Assembly: GCA_011109175.1 (NCBI GenBank)
Contig: RDEW01000094.1
Span: 51,350-105,320, forward strand
Length of the DNA stretch: 53,971 nt
Origin: Dicyema japonicum
Taxonomy: Eukaryota > Animalia > Dicyemida
Reading direction: 5' to 3'
The notes below the pieces were generated by a model, which saw only the letters and a program-made list of their open reading frames with translations, was not told the origin of the DNA and searched no databases. The position numbers were made by a program, and so were the translations under genes. Below, piece after piece: positions 22,850 to 34,979 of this stretch. Position 1 is the first letter of the stretch, and every line of letters starts with the position of its first letter.

Positions 22850-23100
22850 ATGGACTTCAAGGCATCTTATGTCACTGATTGCCTTACTAACCTGTAGGCG
22901 GTTGACAGCTAATAAATGTGAAACACCAAATACCGGTCCCTCCCATAGATCACTCAGTCCCGGCATTGCAGACGTACGTTGTGCTAATTCATGACATTCA
23001 AATAGGTGATTGTTGTCAAAGGACAGAAGACATATACTTCGGTAGAAAGTGGTGGTTCCCACATCGTGGACAAGTCAGTTTTACCATGAGGTCCCTCGAA
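22850..23100 (-). pseudogene. Possible LINE ORF2 C-terminal CCHC remnant
   Basis: TCPRCG ... NHLFEC ... DLWEGP across a frameshift. Confidence 0.35.
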
Positions 23101-23329
23101 GAGATAATTCTGATTGGTCTATCGGAGGAAAGGGCCGGTGTAGATTTTATTATCGTTGAGTTTTCTGATGCTTCTCATAGAAACAGAACCGTGATACAGA
23201 CTAAGTAACAAAATAATCTTTAAAATAAATTTATGACGAACCATATGTATAATTAAAATTTAATTTAAAAATAATTAATAAAATAGAATAAACTACTAAA
23301 TTTATTAAGTATATTGTAACGACCCGGCT

Positions 23330-23530
23330 TTACACAGAGCGGTCTCGTTATTGTGTTCGTTGTCGACAATTCTGGAAAAGGTTGCGAAAATAAAATATTT
23401 TTCCCGGATTGACTAACTATACACGATATGGTTTTTTCGAACAGGCCGGGACACATGAAGACTGTACTTTGCTCGATGGACGTCCACAAAGCTTTTGACT
23501 CTGTGTCAAGGAGGATCCTTACTTGCAAAA
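23330..23530 (+). pseudogene. Degenerate LINE RT fragment
   Basis: LLCSLSTILEKV and MDVHKAFDSVSRRIL. Confidence 0.6.
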
Positions 23531-23583
23531 TTTAATTAATTTGAAAAGCACGTGACAAATATTTATAAAAACTAATGAAAATA

Positions 23584-25220
23584 CAGTAAATTCTCTCAAA
23601 TTTGCCGTTTTTGGTTCCAGCGAAATTGTGGCAAATTTGAGAATTGGCAGATTTCAGAATAATAATAATAACACAAGAGACCACGGTTACACAAACTAAC
23701 TAATCACGTGATCCCAGCACGCTCTAGCAGGGACCTCATCTTGGCCCGATGCTCCTCCATCGTGCCCACACTAGCACGTATTGGTCATTTAATTTATTTG
23801 AAGTTTAATTTATTTGAAGGCTTCCTCAACTGACATTTGTTTAATTGTTAAAAAAAAATTTTTTGTTAACAAAAAAAAAAAAAAAATTTATTTTAAGATA
23901 ATTAAACCATTTAAATTAATAAATTTATTTTTAAGGAAAACAATATTTTTAACCAAGGAAACAAAAATTAAATAAATTTTATTATAATAAAACTCAATTC
24001 CCAATTGCCTCTTATTTGAATTTTCAATATTTTCTTAATATTTTCTTATTGAAGTAATGAATTCTGCACCATTGTCATTTTCAATGTTTTTCTAGAAGAT
24101 AAATTTCAATCACTTGTAATTTTTCAGCCTTTTTTAATGACTCATGTACTTCTACACAACCGGATTCTTCTTGTTCCCCAATAGCAATTAATTTCTCTTC
24201 TTCAATTGAAGTCATCTATTTCCCGATCAATAGTGGCTTTAACTTATGTGACTGAAACTCTATCCTTGAAAATTTTATATCCGCCGAAAGGTGATTTGCA
24301 AATTCTCCGAGAAGGAATCAATTTATAAAATATTCCTCTCATCCAAATACCTTGAAAAACCAACAGTTTTAATGAAGAAAATAAAGTAAACGGTTACATA
24401 GAAGCTGCCTGACTGCGTGGCTATTCCCTATCAGGATAGCGTGCGAGATTCGCTTGAATTGCCAGCAGCGCTCACGAGGGTATCCTGTTCGTGTAACGAT
24501 CCGATTCCATAGACGACATAAGAATTGTAGCGTCGCAGGAGCAACGGAACAGAACGTCTCAACGGCGAGTAGAACAAAAAAAATCCTTGGTTATGACCGC
24601 GTACTTTTCCTGTTTCAACTTCTCGGCCTACTCAGCAGGAGAACAGGCTTCAGAAACACTCATCCAAATTATAAATATTTTCAGACAAGTAACTCTTTGA
24701 AACTTCTTCAAAATTCTTCAAAAAAACCATCAATGTCCACATGTTTTTTCAGTGCTTATTTCGCCGTGTAATTTGCGCATTCGAAATCCATGTCTTTTTT
24801 TAAATTTCTCAAAAAAACCCGTAAGAATTTTAAAATTAGTTAACGAAAGCAAATATTGTATCTTTTGATTCCATTAAATCCATCCAATCTACTAGATTTT
24901 CATCTAGCTCTAGAGATTCTCTTTTTAAAAACAGAAGATAATCTGTTGCATATCTTCTGACATGAAGCTGATTTATTGGTTTTTTATACCGCAATATTTC
25001 AACTTTTTGAGCAATTGAAAGTCTGGTGTAGCCTCCAACAGGAACATTGCGACCCATGCTTGTTTAAAATTATTTAAATTTTTAAAAAAATAAAAATAGT
25101 TTTTAAAAGTGTTGGCAACTTTCAGAATTGGCAAATATTATTGAAAATAGAAAAACTCGATAAAATGGCAAATTTCAGAATTGGCAAATTTCAGAGTGGC
25201 ATATTTGAAAGAGTTTACTG
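23584..25220 (-). mobile_element. pogo/Tigger-like DNA transposon, decayed
   Basis: TIRs CAGTAAA(T/C)TCT(C/T)TCAAAT(T/A)TGCC at both ends, TA on the left side; subterminal TGGCAAATTTCAGA repeats; RLSIAQKVEIL, ELDENLVDW, KFKKRHGF..LHGE, NIYNLDE. Confidence 0.8.
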
Positions 25221-25229
25221 CATATATAA

Positions 25230-28200
25230 TAATTTTTTTTTATTATAAGGAAAAAGAATAGTTAATTTTAATTTTAATTATTCAGCTGTTGGGAGATGCA
25301 TAAGCTATTCCCACGAACAACAGCCAACGAGAGCCTCTCTTTGAGTCATCTCGTCTCACGAAGATCACCAGTTTTGTCGGATAGTAGTTTTCCAAGATGA
25401 TTCAGGAACTTCAGCGTTTTAGGGCCAAAGTTCCCCGAAGTTTCAATCGCGACAGGTGCGAAAATGTACCTGTCGCTGATATCCGAATACTTAGCATTTT
25501 TCATTTCCTCTGCTTGAGAAGAAGGTCTGCCCGGTGAATTATTTTTTTTGCTTGGGGCGAAAGAGGCAGACACAGGTCACATCCCATACAAGGTTTCGCC
25601 CTCGCTCGAAAGGAAAGGAGGTCATGCCGTCAGGGCGTCTTCCGTTGTCAAATAGACCAGTCGGTTCGATCCGGCAACGGAATCCAGCCGATTCTAATGC
25701 CCTCTTAATGATGCCGTTCATTGCCGAATGTCGAAAAGATCTGCCAATTCCGCTCCGGCATGAGAGGAGGTGGAGACCCAGTTCGTCCGATAGACAGCCA
25801 CATTTGCACTTCGATTTGGTGCAAACAGGCAATCCGAGGTGTAGACATACAGCTGTACGAAGGGAGTCATCATCCAACAATCCACCAACTTCTTGACATG
25901 GGTAAACCCCAAGCCAAGATCCATCAACCGCCTCCCTCGAATTTTGGAAACAGTCCAGGCGATGTCCAGAGAGCCGGCTGACTAGGTTGGATGCCAGAGC
26001 ATTCCATCTATGGATCATCCAAGACGATTGTTGGTCTGGATTACGCGGCTCGCTAAGCCCTTCACTCCGCCTCACGTCCATGTATTCAACCAAGTCATTG
26101 GACAGTTTCCGAGATGGAAGCTTTGAAAGAATTGAGTCCACTTGGTTTTTGCATGAAAGTTTTGAGGCAAAATACGCCGGGCCAGCAATTTTGGCAGGGA
26201 GTAGTAAGACCGATTCCACCCAATGATATCGGTAATTGAGTCTGTATCCATCCAGGGGTGTCAAGGGAAACATTAAGTACGAATTCAGTACATCTTTTGA
26301 GGCAATCAGAGTATTCCATTAAAAGGGAATCACACTTATAACATGGTGCAGTCCTTAGTAAATTGTTTAATCTTGGAATGGACAAGCAGTTTCTCAATAG
26401 GAAGAGGGCAATATGGTTGTCAACATGCCGCAAACGGGTCTCAAAAGTACCGAGCTCTATTGTCTTTTCTTTAAACACGTCCACAATTCGGTCTTCGAAT
26501 ATAGGAGAACCAAGGAACAGAGACTCCCCAACTGGAACCGATGCATAATTTTCGAGAGTGTATTTAAACTGGTCATTGTAGAAAGTAGTCAGATCGGGAC
26601 TCAAATTGATCTTGATTAATTCACATTTGGCCTTGTTGACAGAAAGGCCAATCGCTTCGAATTCTGATATCAAACGACGACGTCCTCCAAAACTGTATCT
26701 GGATGTCCACCAATGATTCCGTCATCCAAATACCATAAATTTAAAGGTGATTTTAAGCATGCGGCTACTCCCTGGATCCCCAAAGCAAAGAGAAGAGGTC
26801 CAAGTGGGTCGCCTTGTTGAACACCAGTTCGTGATTTAATGATGGCATCGTGGAAAACCAATGATGATGGCTTAGAATATGAAAGCGAACAATCTCCCAA
26901 ATATGTGGTAAATTTTTTTGGCATAACTCCAATAAATGATCTCTCCTTATGGAATTAAATGCGTTCTTAAGATCTACTTTGCAGACAACAACGTCCTCTT
27001 TGCATTCGGACGACGACGTGAAAAAACTCCTCACTGCGTGGACACAAGCCTCTGCACCGCCACGAACTCCAACGCCAATCTGTATTGGACTGAAACTAGG
27101 AAGTAATCTTTGAACCCCAGAAAAGCAAGCGACTTTAGCTGCAAGTCTCCTAAACACGTTTTCAATAGCAATCGGTCTGACACCGCCGTCAGGCTTTCGG
27201 AGAGCAACAAGATTAGCAGAAAATAACATATCTCGACCGAAAAGAGACAAACATCCAGAAAGAATTTTGTTGATCAGTTCGCAAATAACATTCGAAAGAT
27301 CCTTTCCGACAGATCCCATCATTGGAGCTGTGAGATCACGTAGGTGACCGGGTCTCAAGCCATCGATACCACCTCCACTACTAGGACGAAATGAACGCAG
27401 GGAGGTGATTATATCTTCGTTAGAGGCGAGCAATTGTTCCTCGTGGAAAGGTTTAATAGTTCTCAAGTCTTCGGGGGATCCGGGTGTTTTTCTCGTAAAG
27501 ACAAGAGCGTTTCAGGGATGTTTTTAAGTGTCCCAGGATCACAAACTAATAGCCGTACAGCACCACGATATCGTTTTCCATAAGTTTCATCCTGATTAGT
27601 TTCTTTATTAAGCGAAGTTCCTCCGTTTTCGGACGCTTTGAACTCCGGGGTGCAATTTGAGTTGATTTTAAAGCAGTAAGTGACATTTTATGTTCATTTA
27701 GAAACAGTCTAACTCTCTTTTTGATATTCGTTGCGAGAGAAGTGGATGCTTCCGTTGGTCTTCTGATCCCAAGAGTGAGTGACGGGAAAAGGAAAAATTT
27801 GACCCATTCCGAAGAAACGGCGTCAGGCTTCAAAACATCCTTGATGGTGGAGATCAGAGCCTCGGCAACAGCAGTTCTCGCACCTTTGGGAATCTTCACA
27901 GGAATGGTCACGTCCGAGCGCGTTCGAGAGATCAGTTTCAGAGCTTCATCAGGATCTGCTACGAGAGGTCAAACGGTTCAATGCAAGCAGCAGATGAAAG
28001 GCATGGTTGGCAGTTCCATTTTGTCATATTGATAAGAGCCTTCTTGGACACTCCTACGCAAGACCTGTGATATCATCTTGAACAGGCTGCACAAGCGATC
28101 ATCCTTTTTCTCATATTAGTTACGTTGCACTTTTCACATGGATAGGTGTTTTCCTTCCTTTCTTCATTAGTCTTCATTGTTGTGTCTGTATTTTCGTAAC

Positions 28201-28240
28201 AACCACGTCGACAACACGATTAAAATGCACGACAGCACTA
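25230..28240 (-). mobile_element. Second, divergent CRE-like element (PHD + RT + RLE), frameshifted
   Basis: GVRPIAIE, DLKNAFNS, GVQQGDPLGP, WYLDD, RRPDG..WDVT; N-terminal CEKC..CAAC..YHRSC..WNCQPC at ~28000-28150; oligo(A) tail. Confidence 0.85.
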
Positions 28241-28449
28241 TTATATATAATAATTAAAAAATTAAAATTGCAGTGTTGAAATAATTAAAAAAAAGTAAAG
28301 TTAAAAAAATTAACCTTACAATTTATTTTTTTAACTTTATAATTTTTTTAAATATAAAGGAGAACGTTTATAAATAATGAAAAAAATGAATTTGTTTAAA
28401 ATTTAACTTTATTAACTTTATCACCCCCTAATTATAGTATATCATAAAT

Positions 28450-29400
28450 TTGATAATGGTGATTATTACACAAGATCATATTAACTCCCATCCTACAACT
28501 TTGACAGATGATGATCTTCAAAGTTCTATCAATTTTTGGTGGACATTCGAAAATGGATCCTAGGTGTACCAGATGCTTTCTTTCGTCATAACTTTGAGTT
28601 TCCAACTAGGACGTCATTTCTTCTATGTTTGCAAGAAGTTTGTTTCTTCCATCATTAAGCAAAGTAGACATTTCGTCAATAAATTTAAATCGACGCCTCA
28701 ACCATCTGAAGCTCTTGACAATCATACATGCAAATGGCACTTCCTTTGCTCTGTCCGGTTTAATATGTCTTTGAGTCCGTCACGTCGCCCATGCTCATGG
28801 GAAAAATAAAGCAAGTGCTTTCATACAGTAATTTCTCTTTCAACTATAAAATTGCCATATTTTGCTCATAAACACTCTGAAATTTCATTCTTTATTATTC
28901 ATTAATGTCAAATCAGACTTTTAATTTGATGGAAAATCATCTACTAACGCCGAACTGAGGTTTCTAAAAAGTCGTAAGTCATCTACTAACGCCGAACTGA
29001 AGTTTCGTTGTCGTCTCGAAACATGGGAAGTATTTAATTTTTCGCAGTTGTTCCATATGGGAATTTTTGAATTCCCTTCCATGATCTGTATGGAGAATAA
29101 TTGGAGATCCAATTATGCAAAAAAAATGCATTCAGGATTCGACATATCTTATTTGCAGATTTGCTAACGGCACTTTTACCACACCACTTTTCTACCATCT
29201 GTTAATTATATTGCAAAATAATTACCCATGAATAATTTTCATTTTGTGTGGAATATCACCTTACATCGACAAGATCTACAATGTCTCGCCCATAAGCAAC
29301 AATACCGTAATTACTGGTTTATTCGCAAGCATTCGCTTAGACAATAAGAATTAATAATTTCCCTGATAATAAACACATTTAGATACCACAGTAGCCACTT
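28450..29400 (-). pseudogene. piggyBac-like transposase remnant
   Basis: ANKP-NYGI (cf. PNKPxKYGI), LFMGNYF (cf. DNWFTS), C-terminal CPPKIDR..CQSC..LCNNH; termini not identified. Confidence 0.5.
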
Positions 29401-30552
29401 CACTGCGTCTTGCACCATAAATGGTAAGAACAATAAACTATGTAACGTCCAAAGTGATTTAGATCACGTTGAGCCTAATTTAAATCAACAAATATACGAA
29501 TAAATGTATTTTTGTTTTAATTCAGCTTCCTCAATACAAAAGAATCTCAACTCTCCCATTTTTAGTAATGTAGTCCGCGAATTCCTTGAAACTTTAAGCA
29601 TATCTGATTTTTTGCCCTTTTTCTCCAGTCAATGAATTCATCGAGATGTCCAGATTCACTGAAATTTTTTTTAATTGCCCTCGTGTTAATTCCACTAGGA
29701 CTATATTTTATAATTAATATTTTCAAAAAAACTATATAATAAGTTTTATTTTTTATTATTAATAATTTCTTCCAATGAAATGTTTTCTGAAAAAAATTTT
29801 TTTTTTTATTTTTCTCACCTCGCAGCTCTGGCGTCTCTGGACTGACATATTATCGATTCAGAATTGAGGGGATTATGATCACATTATGCAATCTAATGTA
29901 AAACGAGGATTTGCGAATATAAGGCATTCTTGTGTGTTGGTACAAACCTCCCCTTATGTTTTGATAGTGTAATACTATTCTACCCCACAATCAGAATTAT
30001 CAGTCCACCACAGAAAATTCTTCTGATTTTATTTCGTCAAGTGACCTGAATCTAGTAACCCTTTCAACAGGCTACAACACATTAACCACCACTCAATGAT
30101 TCCCTCAGTTTAGTTTCCAAAATTGTTGTAGTCCTTTATATCCACTTACTGAGTTCCAATTAGGATTACGTTTACTTAAGCACTTAAATCCTGAGATTCT
30201 GATCTGCAGAACCACCAACCTAATATAATAAACCTCCACCTATAAAGAAGTCAATAGTAAACAACTAATTAAGTGTATCCAGTTCCCATTGTCACAGAAA
30301 CAAAGTCCTCTCAATATCACACAAGCAGCATTAAACATAAAGACGTTTTGCGTGCGACCCTGGCACTGGGTGATCACATGACGCCACTCTATTAGAAAAG
30401 GGAAGAAGAAACAAATATAAATCTTCAAAAAAGTAGCCACATGGCGACACATTAACCACGTGGCTATTTATAAAAATAAATTATTTTATTATTATTATTA
30501 CTATAAAGGCCAATAAATAATTCAATCCAAGTGTTTTATTGATTATGGAAAA

Positions 30553-31895
30553 ATGATCTATGCCGAAGAAAAGCACGAAAAAGACATGTGTGCAATAGAG
30601 CCACGTCACCAGCTCAACCAAAAAAAAACTCTACGCAAGACACTATCACTTATAGTGCTGAACAGGATTGGATCTGACATCGAGAACTTTCTCTCTCACG
30701 GTCAAAGCGGATTCAGGTCAGGGAGATCTACAGCTGATGTGGTCTGGGGACATCGATGGCTTTGTACAACACATCAAAAGTACAAGGGGGCTATTAGCAT
30801 TCTTGGCATAGACATGTCCAAAGCCTTTGACTCTATACACAGAGGGAGACTTTTGGATATCTTGGAGAAGTTGGTTGACGAGGAAAGTGTCAGAATGATC
30901 CGTCTATTACTTGAAACAACGCAACTAAGTGTACGTTTTGGAAATTTGGAGTCTGACCCATTCAAGACAACGTTCGGGGTACTGCAGGGAGATTCCTAGT
31001 CACCGGTACTTTTTGTGACATATCTGGAGGCGGCACTCAGAGACTTCAGACTATTAATTGGCGATCTACCTCAAACTGAAGTGATTTATGCAGATTATAT
31101 CAACTATATATCCAGCGACGAGAAAACATTAAACTATATACGGACAAGGATGCCAGATGTCCTAGAAAAATGGTTCATCAAAATCAATACGGAAAAGACG
31201 GAGACAACTACCATACGCCGTGAACTAACCCGAACTGATGAAAAATGGAGATACTAAAAAATTGGGGTCGTTGCTGGAGACGCTGAGGATGTCACTAACA
31301 GGAAGATGTTGGCCGTCGCGGCCTTTAGAAAAATGGGAGTAGTCTGGAATCATCGTAAACAAATTAGCACACAATTACGTGTGAGACTATACAATGCCTT
31401 CGTGAAACCAGTCCTAATGTACAACGCTGCAACCTGGGGTGTCTCAGAAGCGGTAATGGACAAACTAGATGCCTTCCATCGTAAACAACTCCGACTGTTG
31501 CTTGGCATCAACTGGCCAAAAAAAATTACAAACAAGAATCTATACAAAGTATGTAATACAAGACCATTGAGTCTGGATATCCTTGAATCAAGATGGCGTC
31601 TGTTTGGTCACATCCTTCGAATGAGCCAGATGACGCCTGCTAAAATAGCAATGGAGAACTATTTCTGCCCAGAAGTGAATACCTCGTTCCGTGGAAGACC
31701 TCGCATAACTTTGCCAGAGGTTCTACACAAGGACCTGACCAATGTAGGACGAAAGCTGAAAACAGGAGATGATCTGGATACGCTCGGAATAACTGCCAGT
31801 AACCGCGGAGCATGGAGGAAGTTAGTCAAGAGAATTGTGGGAGAAAGAATAACCTGAAGAAAAATACGGCACAAGCGGAACCTTAATTAAATAAA
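30553..31895 (+). mobile_element. 5'-truncated RTE-like LINE (RT and C-terminus)
   Basis: QSGFRSGRST, DMSKAFD, GVLQGDS, YAD, RLYNAFVKPVLMY, RWRLFGHILR, RGRPR; internal stop and frameshift. Confidence 0.85.
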
Positions 31896-32985
31896 TTACA
31901 TTTTTGGTTCTTCGAAAGTGCTATTAATAATCTATGCCGAGGACAAAAAGGTGCGCCAGGAATTTGGTGGGATTATTGCTGTGATCGATAACCAGAAGAA
32001 TAGTTTTATAATTGGTGCAGGTATTTTCCGGAAATTAGACAATTTTTATATCCCCAGTAAAATAAAGGGCTTTTACATAGGATATGATTCCATTAGAGAT
32101 GACAATCTCTTAGTCAACTAGTATGGAAAGACTCAAGTGACCATCTAAATATATTTTCCAGGCATTAACTTTCTGGGGTAAAGAAGAAATAGACAAGAAC
32201 GGGGAGTGCTCATTTATATATGGCGGAACAGGCAAATGGGCTATAATTGTGAAGAGAAAAAGAATTTATATTTAAAAATTTATGATTATTATTTAACAGG
32301 TCAGCAAAGCAGAAGCAAATATTTGGCTGCTTATCAAGTAAAACCATTGAGATGGAATGCACTGATTAAAAATAACGTCACTTAATTTGAAATTTAATGA
32401 ATATATGATTTTGATGAAAGCCAAAGACAGTGGATCGTTTAATATTAGTCAAGGAATTGTGACTGAGTATCAATAGGTGGTTCCTGATAAAGGAATTTTT
32501 ATTAATGCATAACCAGTTTCTAAGTACAATGATGTTAATTTCTACATAAAAAGGGTTTAATGAAAACACGCATTAAAATCATAATCCGGTTAAGCCACAT
32601 GTCCGGTGAATAACAATTTTCAATAGATCATCACATAAAATATCGTGAAGGTCCTCAAATTTCTTGACTAAAAAACAATAGAAACCATCGCAACCAGATA
32701 TTTCCAATTCGGTGAACATTCGATTATGTTCTTGATAAAGTCACGTGTTATATCCACTGAGACTCTTCTACTCCAGTTATACATTTTCGACAACGTTGAA
32801 AGATCTCTGACGTTCAGCTTCTCTCTCACGGTTCCCAAAAAGATAAACACTCATCTTTCCAATTGACAAACAGTATGCTGAGCATCACTGGTTAAGACTT
32901 CGATGGAATCTCCTGTTTAATTCGAGCACATAATTCCTGAATGCTATTCTCGACTCATGAATTGTGAGTCTTTTTTTCAGTACTC

Positions 32986-34307
32986 TATACCATTTCAGGT
33001 TTAAAGTGGGTCTTACCAAAAGCAAAGTGGTACTTACCAAAAGCAAAGTGGGTCTTACCAAAATCAAAGTGGTTCTTACCAAAAGCAAAGTGGAACAAAA
33101 ATTATTTAATAAACCATGTCATCATTATTTAACACCGATGAAGCCAACCTCTGAATTCTAGCAATTACGGTGTTGCATAAAGATGGAGTGATTATACATA
33201 ATGAGTTAATCATACTTTCTTCTAACTTTTGAAGTCGAAACTCCGTAGTTGACAAAGCTTCTTGTCTCACACCATCCAAAATATTTTTCATATCTGTAGC
33301 AATGTGTCTTTTACATCAGCTTTAAAAACTGACCAAATATTCTCAATTGGGTTGAGCATACGGCTATAAAGACCCAATCTTAAAATTTTATTTCCGATGA
33401 ATTCATTATCTCTGACAATTTCTTCAATTCCTGAATGGCATGGAGCATTGTCTACTACTAGCACTACTGGAAAATTGTAAACTTCCCTGGCTTTTCGTAG
33501 ACAAATTCTCACCCATTCAGGCGGATTCTTTATTAAAGATCCACGTTGAAATCATAATGCAACAATCCAAGGGACCCGATGCAACCAATGAAATGTACAT
33601 TGGCACCTCGCGAACTTGTTGCAACGACATTAGCCCTTGTTCCTTTTTTGATCGACCCTTTTTACGGGATATGTGCATGTTTATATTTGTTTCATCCATA
33701 AATAATATTGGAATTTCCTCCGATTATATTCCCAATAATGAAGTAAATTTTTTTCTTTATTTAATTCACTATTTCCTTTCTCTGGTTCATACCTGATATC
33801 TTTCAAAGAATAACAGCACCGTCCAAGTGGACTCGAATGGTTTTTTTGAAACATTTAAGCTGAAATTAGAATTTAAAAGAATTCTCAAGTCTCAAGAGTA
33901 ATCCTAGGGTTAATTTCGAGTGTTCAACACAATAATCTTTATGTTATCAAGAAATTTTTGCTTTTGACCCCCTCGCTGATCAGGTTTGTTTTTTCAACCA
34001 ACGATAAGTAGTAGTTTTCGGAACATCGAGAGATTTTGCAAGTTCCCTCCAGTCACCATCTCCCTCATAAGCCCCGATAATAAGATTTTTCTTACTTGCA
34101 GCTTCAGACTTTTTTATTTGCGCAGGCATATGTATAAAAAAATGAAATATTTGCACAGACATGCAAATATATAGGTTTTTGCTTAGTCACTTTTGCAATT
34201 GATCTCGAAACTTTTGCAATTGAAATTAATCTTCATCCTATAACAAAAAAATAATTTTTGTTCCACTTTGCTTTTGGTAAGACCCACTTTAAACCTGAAA
34301 TGGTATA
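32986..34307 (-). mobile_element. Tc1/IS630-like DNA transposon (~1.3 kb), frameshifted
   Basis: TIRs TATACCATTTCAGGTTTAAAGTGGGTCTTACCAAAAGCAAAGTGG; HTH N-terminus, MDETN, VVDNAPCH...NPIE (35 residues between D and E). Confidence 0.85.
33003..33093 (+). repeat. 21-bp tandem expansion (AAAGTGGNNCTTACCAAAAGC x4) inside the left Tc1 TIR
   Basis: Four adjacent units with no spacers; one unit in the other TIR. Confidence 0.9.
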
Positions 34308-34979
34308 GTTTTGTCTGTAATGGCTGCAACTACGATGGCAAATTCTCCCTTTCGTGAGTTCTTATATCCATAAGATGCAAGTATATTCATCATTCTTTTT
34401 TATCCTCCTTACTCTTTAGTTTTTTCCAGTATTCTCCCTACATTACATAATGTTTGTAACTTCCACTTAGACGCCATATGTCATCCGTATATAATGTCTG
34501 TTACTTCGTTGAGGTCCCTGGGTCGTTGGGGATCCATATAATTTGCAATGGCTGCATTCAATGCAGTAAGCACATCGTTCTGCTTAGGGATCCCTCACCT
34601 TAAACAATTTCGTGACATTTGAAATGCTCTTTCAGGTCGAAAAACTCTCATTGAAGGTGTCGGCAATCAATTGCAATCCACCAAGAGGAATCTTCTCGAA
34701 TCTTATTTTGTAACAGCCAACGACTTCACTCGTCCACTGAAACTTGTCATTGTGACAAACAAGAGCGATCACTGTCCTCAGAGGTAGTGGGTGGTCGAGT
34801 ACAGGCTGTTGTGGTCCACCACTAACCCCAAGTGGTTCATGCAGCCCTGAAGCCAAATGTCCTACTTCGGATAATGTATCTCTTCCATCAAATCAGTAGG
34901 AAGGCCAACAGGATTTGTTTCCGTACTTGAGAAAACTGACATACAATCAACCACACCAGACACACACGTTTTTTTATTA

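Noticed and set aside
23315-23325. TGTAACGACCC as an LTR start
   Set aside because: No second LTR, PBS or gag/pol nearby; it is followed by a LINE RT fragment.
28938-29007. 28-bp direct repeat 42 bp apart
   Set aside because: Simple local duplication inside a decayed transposase.
33003-33093. CRISPR-like array
   Set aside because: Contiguous 21-bp units with no spacers, inside a transposon TIR, in eukaryotic DNA with no cas genes.
34310-34960. Possible 5' remnant of an RLE LINE (DVLTALNAAIANY...SKWK)
   Set aside because: Resemblance too weak to support without a search.
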